Notes under the pieces: generated by a model
Told to the model about the DNA's origin: nothing
Seen by the model: the letters and a program-made list of their open reading frames with translations, nothing else
Databases searched by the model: none
NCBI RefSeq assembly: GCF_018350175.1
Contig: NC_058368.1
Location: forward strand, 4,588,001-4,652,000
From: Felis catus
Lineage: Eukaryota
Direction of reading: 5' to 3'
Length of the DNA stretch: 64,000 nucleotides
Shown here: positions 1 through 8,720 of the stretch, in pieces
Numbering within the stretch: position 1 is the first letter of the stretch
Layout of the letters: the number at the start of each line of letters is the position of its first letter
Program-made: the position numbers and the translations under genes

Positions 1-114
1 GCCTGGAGCCTGCTTCGGATTCTGTGTCTCCCTCTCTCTCTGCCCCTCCCCCACTCGTGCTCACTCTCTCTCTGTCTCTTTCTCTCTGTCAAAAATAAAT
101 AAAACGCTAAAAAA
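1..114 (+). mobile_element. CAN-SINE (SINEC_Fc) 3' half, cut by the window edge
   Basis: gcctggagcctgcttcggattctgtgtctccc, (CT)n, aaaataaataaa tail. Confidence 0.9.
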
Positions 115-405
115 GATATCTTTTAATAAATAAACTGTGAGATCATTTTGAGATGCAAACCCTCCTCTCCCTTACCATGGTTTTAGCACAGATCTCATCT
201 CCTCTGGACTAGACTACCGAGGACTGTTCTGTCCCAGGACTGCCCCCATACCAATCCTCTCTACGGAGCTCGTCCCCTTCTGTGGTTCCTGGTAAACACC
301 TCTGTGGCTTTCTACTGCTTGCAGGGTAAAGTCCAAACTCCAAGCAAGGGCTTTCCTAACTTCGTAAGACCTATTTTTACAATCTTATCTCCCACTTCTC
401 CACCC

Positions 406-449
406 AACCAACCACCCTGTACAAAAGTTAACCAACCACCCTGTACAAA
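406..449. repeat. Short tandem duplication, period 24 bp
   Basis: aaccaaccaccctgtacaaa at 406-425 and 430-449. Confidence 0.85.
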
Positions 450-862
450 GAGAACGTGCAGTTCCCTTAGCACCACAGATTATCATCTTTGGGGACACTT
501 ACTATATGCAAAGCTCAGTGTGGAGTTCTCTACCTGCATCACCTCATTTTATCTTCACAACAACCCCATGTGACAGGCAGGTACCCTCGCCACCCCCAGT
601 TTACAGGGGAGGAAAAGAAGGCTTAGATAACTCCTCTGGCTGACTTTCTCCCTATGTCTATAGTACCTGTCCCTCCCGCACGCTCTTCCACTTGGCCTAA
701 AAACCCTGCAGCCCCTCAAGTGCTGCCCCCTGCATCTTTTTTCAAGACCCCACTCAACTGTCTTCCTCCAGTTATACAACTCTTTATCCAGAGTTAAAAA
801 TTCTATCTTTGGTGCTTTCATGGTACTTTGTATGTTCCTCACTGGAAACGTCACACTACATC

Positions 863-903
863 ATAATATCTGTATCCATTCCAATAATATCTGTATCTAT
901 TCC
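863..903. repeat. Short tandem duplication, period 21 bp
   Basis: ataatatctgtatccattcc / ataatatctgtatctattcc. Confidence 0.8.
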
Positions 904-1283
904 AGTCTATCAATTAGAATATGAATCTATCAGAACAAGAATAGCTATTCTCTTTAACTCTTTCTTTTCTCTATGTTTGGCATACAAAGCAGGTAGGTAA
1001 ATACTGAATGACAAGGTACATTAGTCTTTATAATGCGTTGTTTCATTCACTCCTCTTCCTTCCTTATATATTCTATTTCCATCTGCACATTTTTAGAGCC
1101 TTATTACCTCTGAGCTCTCTTTGGCAATAAATTCCTGCTAGCTTTCTCCCTGGTCACTTTTCTTTCCAATTCTCTTCTTTACCGATGGTGGATTAACTTC
1201 CTCAAAACACAGTTCTGCTCGGCTCTTCTCTATTCAAAAATATCCTTGACTCTGTGGTGCTTACCAAGGAATGTATAGATTCT

Positions 1284-1511
1284 TTTTTTTTTTTAATTTT
1301 TTTTTCAACATTTTTTGTTTATTTTTGGGACAGAGAGAGACAGAGCATGAACGGGGGAGGGGCAGAGAGAGAGGGAGACACAGAATCGAAAACAGGCTCC
1401 AGGCTCCGAGCCCTCAGCCCAGAGCCTGACGCAGGGCTCGAACTCATGGACCGCGAGATCATGACCTGGCTGAAGTCGGACGCTTAACCGACTGCGCCTC
1501 CCAGGCGCCCC
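1284..1511 (-). mobile_element. Young CAN-SINE with target-site duplication (TSD)
   Basis: Full-length body; TSD gaatgtatagattct at 1269-1283 and 1512-1526. Confidence 0.95.
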
Positions 1512-2189
1512 GAATGTATAGATTCTTTACCCTAAATTCAAAAGTGTCCATGACCCAGGCTTAATGATTTCACTTTAACTTGATCCTTCTCCTACACTAA
1601 ACAGAATTATGTTCCTTCCTGTTCTCTCAAATCACATAAAAGCCCTACCCATCTGACCACTGAAACTATATGTATAGACACTGCACTTTCTTCAAATGAG
1701 ATTCAGTCACCCTTATTCAGCATTCCTTGATTTGGTACATGCGTAAAAACTACAACTCTTCTGAAATCCCACAGCAAATGGTTTTTGCCTCTTTCATGGG
1801 ATTTAATCTACACAGTTCCAATATGATTTACATACATCTTAGCTCATTTATAATGTCCTCGACATCCTTACAGAGCTATATCTGAGCATCTTACGCCTGG
1901 TGGGTGCTCAGCAAGTTCGCTTTGTGCAATACTGAATGAACGCGTAAATGTTAGGTCATCCTGCAACCTAACTAAACTAAACTAAACCTAACCACACTCT
2001 CATGCTTTAAAAAAAAAATTAATGTGCAATCAAACTAACTGACTGAACATCTTCACAGTCCTCCCTAAGACTATAACACAGTGGCATGTCAAAAACCATT
2101 TCTGGAAAAATCTGACCTTAACTGGCCCATGTCTCAAGAAGTCAGGTCAATCTAGGATGGAAACACCATCTAAGTGGATAGTGATCATC

Positions 2190-2390
2190 ACACAGTGACA
2201 GCCAGTGTTCAACACTGGGCCAAGTGCTTGCTAGACCTAATGCCCCTGGTTCCTACAAACATACAAGGCAGATGGAGCTGTCCCACATTCTACGCTGGGG
2301 AGACTGAGGCCAAGGGAAAGCTCAGCAGTTTGCTCCACTGGTGGCTCTCTTTGGAACAGCAGAGCCGGGATTCACACCAAATTAAAAACA
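2190..2390. mobile_element. MIR-like fragment
   Basis: ccacattctacgctggggagactgaggcc...agagccgggattcacacc resembles the MIR core. Confidence 0.55.
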
Positions 2391-2961
2391 TCTACTAAAA
2401 GACTAAAGCTCCCTATTGAGGAGTTACAACAGACTTTCATCATCTAAAAGAGCTTCATCTATGGCATATTTCAACACTACCACACACCTCTGAATCTATA
2501 CTGCATGACTAAGGACAGGGTCCCTTTCCTATTCGCTATTTCAGGCGATGGAATTATCCTGTGACTTGGTAGGAAAACCAGCGAAAACATTCTAAATTCC
2601 TGTGCCTGTACATTTATCAGGGAACAGGTAGCACTGTTCACAAGCATCCATGCTAAACTGCATTTCCGGACCAAGTAACAATTCTAGGGCATCCTTCCCA
2701 AGTTATTCTTACAAGGAAATTTACCACTAGGTGGCAGAAGTATAAAGTTAACGCGGTGATTTCTCTACAGTGAGTAGCGGGACGTGTTCCCACCCTTTTC
2801 ACAGTAACAAAATCCTGTGAAACTGCTAATGGTTTTCCAAAGATGATTTTGTCACCTTGAGAGTGGCATTTTATACGTAAATGGTTCTACATTAAACTAT
2901 TCTCCCTTATTGAAAACTGCATTATAATATTTATTTTAAATATAATATACAGATTTCAACC

Positions 2962-3202
2962 TTTAAAAAAATTTTTTTAACGTTTATTTATTGTTGAGAG
3001 AAAGAGAGAGAAAGATACAGCATGAACGGGGGAGGGACAGAGAGAGAGGGAGACACAGAATCTGAAACAGGCTCCAGGCTCTAAGCTGTCAGCACAGAGC
3101 CCTGGCGGGGGGAGGGGGGGGGGGCGCTCAAACCCACAAATTGCAAGATCATGACCCGAGTCGAAGTCGGTCACTTAACCTACTGAGCCACCCAGGCGCC
3201 CC
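2962..3202 (-). mobile_element. CAN-SINE with an internal poly-G expansion
   Basis: SINE body ending cccaggcgcccc; G-run at about 3105-3124. Confidence 0.92.
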
Positions 3203-3378
3203 TCGACCTCTATGACATTCAACACTAACCACAGCTTCAACTAGCTCTAAGCACGTAAGTAGAACCATACTATCACTGAATTAACCCACTGTATGCTAAA
3301 CTACATTGAAACTGAAATTTAATTTTGTGTAATGTTATACAAGATGGCCAACAAGTACTTTTAAATTACAATGGTTGA

Positions 3379-3574
3379 GGGGCGCCTGGGTGGCTCAGTC
3401 AGTTGGGTGTCCGACTTCAGCTCAGGTCATGATCTCGTGGTCTGTGAGATCAAGCCCCGCATCAGGCTCTGTGCTGACAGCTCAGAGCCTGGAGCCTGCT
3501 TTGGATTCTGTGTCTCCCTCTCCCTCTGCCCCTACCCTTGCTTGTGCTCTCTCTCCCAAAAATAAACATTAAAA
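3379..3574 (+). mobile_element. CAN-SINE
   Basis: ggggcgcctgggtggctcagtc...aaaataaacattaaaa. Confidence 0.92.
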
Positions 3575-3646
3575 CATACATACACACACACACGAGGAAG
3601 CTTAAGTTTGAGAAAATAAATCCAACTTAAAAAGTGATAAACATCT

Positions 3647-3887
3647 GGGGCACCTGGGTGGCTCAGTCGGTTAAGATGTGACTTTGGCTCAGGTCACAAT
3701 CTCACAGTCTGTGGGTTCGAGCCCCATGTCAGGCTCTGTGCTGACTCAGAGTCGGGAGCCCACTTCAGATTCTGTGTCTCCCTCTCTCTCTGCCCTTCCC
3801 CCACTTGTGCTCTGTCTCCCTCTGTCTCTCTCTCTCTCCCTCTCTCTCTCTCTCAAAAATAAATAAATATTAAAAAAAGTTTTTTAA
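3647..3887 (+). mobile_element. CAN-SINE with TSD
   Basis: TSD gtgataaacatct at 3634-3646 and 3889-3901. Confidence 0.93.
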
Positions 3888-5689
3888 CGTGATAAACATC
3901 TGAAGACAAATTTATAGAATTATCTATCCACACATGTGCACTTTTGATAACTTGTGCCCTGCTTTGTATCTTTGGTACAATTTCTTTGTGGGTAGAAATT
4001 AAATTATATACATTATTAACTGTGTATAATTAAATTATATTTAGCAAATATACGGGTAAACTATATAATGATCAAAATAATTCTGAAAACAATATGCATA
4101 TGTTCACTTAATATGCACTCAGGAAGAAAATATTTTAATAATGATTTTCACTAATTTCATTAAGTAGAAAATAAAATCCCCACCTTTCACATAAAGAATT
4201 CTCTAGAACTATGCAAATCTTCTATTTTGGAGCAGGGGATGAGAGTTTGGGCTCCTCCAGGAGCGATGACGGGGGCTCTAAACCATCTGTGGGACAGGTC
4301 AGATGTGTGGTGGAAGGAATTACACTTCGTCTTATCCATCAAAGGAGTCAAGGAAGCCCAGCCCGCTTCAGGCTTTGGCCAATGACGTACAGCAGAGCTA
4401 GCAGAACTGGAGTTCCTTCCCAAGGCTGGCAACTAGTCTGGTGTCCTTGCAACTGTTCCACAAGGCTTCTTTGGAAATATGCAAATGAGCAAATGGCCGT
4501 CAATATCTAAGACCTCTAAAGACACACTGGCCCTGAGGTCTCCATACAAACTCACATCTACAAAGCCTCACTCCTCTGGCTGCCTCGGGGATGCTTCAGG
4601 CTAATTGAGATCTCCCCAAAGCGACCTGCGATAGGCTTTCTACTTCTGAAGACTCTGAAAAGCCAAAGTGAAAACATACGGTCCAGAGGCTATCCTGGCT
4701 CCCAAGTTTGCAAAAGCTGCTGTGTAATCCCTCATCTACAGACATTAAGACAAAACTGAGGTCCTCTCCAAGGATCAGTGGGAAGGAACAGTTGCCAGGG
4801 GATTATTTTTCATGGCAAGCACCAATTTATACCTATAAAACAGTCTAGAAATATACTTGGAGAATAATTTGCCGCATACACACATGGATGCATTTCCTCA
4901 TCCTTTAGCTCTGTACTGTACCGAATGCATTTATAAATGAGTGAAAATTACAGAGTCAGGCAAAGTTGTCTGGATACCTGACAGGCTATGAAAAGAACAC
5001 TACTCCTGTCGCCTTGACAGTTATTAGTTGATTCAATTCATGAGATGCTTACGTTCTCTAAAAATAAGTCAAGTAACCATCATAAGAATTTCTTTGAACC
5101 ATCATCACTCGGAGGTTGACAGGTATCAAACTGCACGTTTCTAATTCATTCCTAGGAAATAAAAGAGACTTCGAACGGGGTCTTAACGTGAAGAATCTCA
5201 TTTACATGTACTCTGTTGGGAAGGATACAGAGACAATTTAAAACACAAAGAGAAGAGAGCTATGGGAATACAAAATGTTGCAAAAATCAAATTTCTGAGA
5301 GCCCCTACTAGCTGCATAGAGTGGAAGAGGTCTCTATCAACTACCCCCCACCTCCGCCCCCCAGAATCTAGGATGGGGTTGGTGCTCAATGGAATCTGCT
5401 TTTGAATGAACGGTGTGGTGCCCTCTCAAGGAATTGCACTGGGTGGTAATTTATTACAAGAGAGGCGGAGATGACTGTGAACTTGGTAAACAGCAACCTG
5501 GCAGGAATTTGATGGCAGTGCAATTAGCACGCGGCCGCCTGCTTCTAAGGCAGGTGAAGGCAAGAGGGTGAATGCCAGCGGAAAACACCCCAGCGCACCG
5601 GCAACCCCCGGGAGACATGAAGGGTGACGCTGTGACAGGTACCCCGTGTGCAGCCGGTCACCTCCAAGGGGCCCCCGCCCGGCCCTTAC

Positions 5690-7270
5690 CTCCTCCCTCC
5701 TTTCTTCGGGACCCGACACCAGGTGGGGGCTCAGCTGAGGGTGGCTGCCGACGCTGCTGTCGTCACTGCCCTTGTCACACGTGGCTTGCGCCGAATCCTG
5801 GGAGGACGCGGGCCCCTCGGCCCTCTCTTCACTGTCCACTGAACTCAGGGACAGCGCGCTGAGACTGCTGGGACACGTGGCGTTTCCTGCACCCGGGCTC
5901 TGAGGGCTGGGGGGCTTGGGCGTGGTTGGCCTTTGGGGGGTGAGCGGCTGCTCCGGCTCGAAGGTAAACCGGCTGCCAGCTTGGCGTCCGCCCGGGTCCT
6001 CGGCAGCCGGACTCGCCGAGGCGCTGCCGGCGCCAGGACCCGCGCTCGCCGCCGCCCAGGAGCCTGCGGCTTCGAGGGGACACGCGGCCGCGGCCGCGTC
6101 CCCCGGGGGGCTCCCCGCCCCCGCCGGGCCACAGCCCGGGGCGGCGTGCGCGCCTGCGCCTGCGCACCTCCTCCACTCGCGCTCGGCGGTGGTGGACACG
6201 CGGCGGGAGTAGGCGTCGTGCAGCCTGCTGTGCACCTGCAGCCTCTGGCTTGCCTCGCCCGGCGGGGGCGCCCCGCTCCGGGGGCTCTCTCTCCGCCAGG
6301 CCGCGTCCGCGGCGCTGCTCACAAACCTCAGGACTCTGTCGAAGTCCCTGGCCCGCAGCGGGCTCTTCCAGCGTTTCGTCCTCCTCTCGGCCCCGGCCCC
6401 ACCGAACTTCTCCGAGTCGGCGGACGAACTGCTCAGCGTCCTCCGGGGCGCGGGCTTTTCGGGCGCCCCCTTGAGGTCCATGAGATTCGAGGTGGACTTC
6501 CGTTTGAAGGAGCTCTTCTTCAGAAAGTTCAAGTTGTCGGTGCTCTTGCTTTTCCGGTAGACGATGCTGTTGTTCTCAGAGTCTTTCACTAGAATCTCAC
6601 ACAGCGCGGGCTCCTGGGAGACGGGGGCCAGGGGCCCGACGTGGTTCTGGGACCCCTGATGCTTCTCGCCATCCAGGAAGCTGATGCGGCCCAGGCCGTA
6701 GGCGCGGCGGATGCTGCGGGACCGGTGGGTGCTCCTCTGGAAGGCGTCGTCGGCCTCCTCGGGGTCGGAGCAGTCCGACGCGGCCCCGGGAGCCGCCTTG
6801 GCGGCGGGGTCGCTCGCCGGCCCCGAGGAGGGGCACCTGCCGGTGTGCGTTCCGGCGGCAGCACCGTTCGGGATGGGTTTCCCCAGGTCGCGTTCCGGGG
6901 CGTCTTCCTTTGCCGCATCTGACCCCTCTCGGTTCTGAATTCCCTGGAGGACGGAGGACTTCAGTTTTTTAAAAGACCCCATTTTCCGGAAGGAGGCAAG
7001 GGCGTTCCAGGTGGAGGAATTTCCCATCAGGACCATGGAGCGGGGCCTTTCCGGGTTGGCGCTGGCCCTCTTCCTGCTCACGGAGAAGAGGCGGATGAGC
7101 CTGGCGGGGCTGAGTCTGGCCTCCGCGGCGCCTTCCGCATCCCCGCAGGGGTTGCTGCCGCAGCCTCCATTCTGACACGCTGGGTAGGTCACCATTTTGG
7201 GGTCTTTGGAATCAGAGACGGAACAGGGGATCGCGGCGAGTCGGCCGTGGCCGTTACGGGCTGTTGTCAT
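5690..7270 (-). CDS. SPATA13: SPATA13 (ASEF2) long-isoform N-terminal coding exon, 527 codons; partial CDS whose downstream exons lie left of the window
   Basis: Minus-strand ORF 5426..7465 contains ENMTT..KMVT..LSPARLIRLFS.SRKR..PERPRSMVLMGNSSTWNALASFRKMGSFKKLKSSVL..DDAFQRSTHRSRSIRRAYGLGRI..YRKSKSTDNLNFLKKSSFKRKSTSNL..TKRWKSPLRARDFDRV..AWRRESPRSGAP..HSRLHD.YSRRVS..TFEPEQPLTPQRPTTPKP..GPEE, matching the human long SPATA13 isoform as I recall it. First in-frame ATG is at 7270 (AAC ATG A, A at -3). Phase-0 donor GAG|GTAAGG at 5690/5689. Confidence 0.92.
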
Positions 7271-7311
7271 GTTCTCGGGGCGGCGAGCCCGTGGCCACAG
7301 GGCAGCGGGGT

Positions 7312-7407
7312 TCAAACCCACATGCACATCTGTGTCCACAGGCCCCAGGCGCAGACCTTCATCTCCGAGGCTGCTGCCGGCCGGGCTTTCGCACCTGCTG
7401 TGCACAT
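7312..7407 (-). other. Candidate uORF, 31 aa (MCTAGAKARPAAASEMKVCAWGLWTQMCMWV*), in the +1 frame of the exon leader
   Basis: ATGs at 7407, 7362, 7329 and 7323 share one frame, which ends at TGA 7314-7312. Confidence 0.5.
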
Positions 7408-7582
7408 CAGGCTCCTCAGTTGTGGTCACGGCCTGGAGCGGAAAACAAAGCCGGGATTTAGTCATTTTCCTCCCACGGAAGAACCTCTATGAACAGCGGC
7501 TTCTCATTTTGGCTAATAATTGCCGGGATAAAAGAAGCATGCCTCATGACAGGGTTGATCAGATCAAAACTGTCTTAAATCA

Positions 7583-7780
7583 GGGGTCCCCGGCTGGCTC
7601 CGTTGGTCAAGTGTCCAACTCTGGCTCAGGTCATGATCTCAGGATTGAGGAGTTCGAGTCCCGCATCGGCTCCCTGCTGGCAGCGTGGAGCCAGCTTGGG
7701 ATTCTCTCTCCCTCTCTCTCTGCCCCTCCCCCACCTCTCAAAATAAAACGTTCTAAAAATTTTTTTAAAAACTTTTAAAT
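7583..7780 (+). mobile_element. Older, diverged CAN-SINE about 150 bp from the exon acceptor
   Basis: ggggtccccggctggctcc..ggctcaggtcatgatctc..ttcgagtcccgcatcggctcc..(CT)n..aaaataaaa. Confidence 0.88.
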
Positions 7781-8569
7781 TAAGTTAAAGTTTTACCTTT
7801 CCTAATTGATTTCACAATGAATTAAAAGGAAGAATGCAAACATACATTCCTTAAAAAAAAAAAAAAAAAGATAATTATGGGTTGTGCATTCAATGCAAAG
7901 GTAAATCCTTGAATCCATTGAAACTTGTTTAAAACTTTTGAAAAACTGCTGGAATGCCAAGGCCAAGGCGTTATTCCACACTGGGCCTTGTCTTTATTTG
8001 AAATGGAAGAAATTCTTATTAAATAAAAAAACCCACCAACAACTATTTCAAAACGTGTCACAGTAAAATACCAACCTATGTTAAATTTCACGCAGCTGAT
8101 AGGCAGACTGGCTGCAAGAACCGGCAGCAAAGACCAAGATGCTGTCAGCTGCCCACTTGTCTACAAAAATACCCAAAGTGCTACAGAGACACACAAGCCG
8201 AAGGGACAAGCTGAGGCTGCGTGTATGAGGTCGGGCTTTGTAAAGGGAACAGCATTAGTGAAGGGCCTCCGTCAACAGGATTCGTACTGGCTGGGGGATG
8301 GAGGGAGATAAGGATATTACTTAAATATTAGAAAGTCAGACACAAAACTTCAAATTAAACCAACGCTGCACTTTCTTTCCCCATGCCCTTAATTAAGGCC
8401 ACCACACACCTGCAGTCCATGCTGTCTCCCCCAATGAACGTGTTGCTGTCCTTCCTCTCTGCCCATTAGGCCACGGCCTGCTCAGCCTTGGTGGGCCAGC
8501 TTAAATGTCACAGCCACCCCCTTCTCAATTAGTGATTAGCCAGTGAAGACGTGTAGGAAAGATAGCGAC

Positions 8570-8720
8570 GTTCACCACAAAAGACCACCACTCGCTAAGC
8601 GTTTACTACGTGTCAGGCCCCTGTGCTAAGTGCTTTTGAAACGAACTGCCACTGGGCACTCCTACTAACCTGTAAGACCAACAGAGTGATTTCCATTTTA
8701 CAGATAACCAAATACACACT
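8570..8720. mobile_element. MIR-like fragment
   Basis: agcgtttactacgtgtcaggcccctgtgctaagtgctttt...ccattttacagat. Confidence 0.6.

Larger units (their letters stand above)
1..5689 (-). other. SPATA13: SPATA13 intron downstream of the large exon (partial)
   Basis: Begins at the GT donor at 5689; repeat-rich; no recognisable next exon in the window. Confidence 0.75.
5690..7432 (-). other. SPATA13: Full SPATA13 exon (1743 bp), including its 5' leader portion 7271-7432
   Basis: Acceptor ctttgttttccgctccAG|GCC (AG at 7434-7433) with a polypyrimidine tract. Donor GAG|GTAAGG (GT at 5689-5688), where similarity to the human protein (..EEKEKEE|) ends. Confidence 0.85.
5560..7460. promoter_or_regulatory. 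Intragenic CpG-island-like segment over the SPATA13 exon
   Basis: Very high GC and dense CpG (e.g. cacgcggccgcggccgcgtc, gcggcgtgcgcgcctgcgcc) compared with the AT-rich flanks. Not computed formally. Confidence 0.75.

Noticed and set aside
5426..5689. C-terminal part of the 679-aa ORF (VRAGRGPLGG...SAIP)
   Set aside because: It lies past the GTAAGG donor, and similarity to SPATA13 stops at ..REE, so it is intron read-through.
7433..7465. ATG at 7465 as the start of the 679-aa ORF
   Set aside because: It sits in the intron, upstream of the polypyrimidine tract and AG acceptor.
5572..7778. Many overlapping or antisense ORFs (e.g. 5933-6592, 219 aa; 7197-7778, 193 aa)
   Set aside because: Shadow ORFs expected in very GC-rich coding DNA; one runs into a SINE; no recognisable protein.
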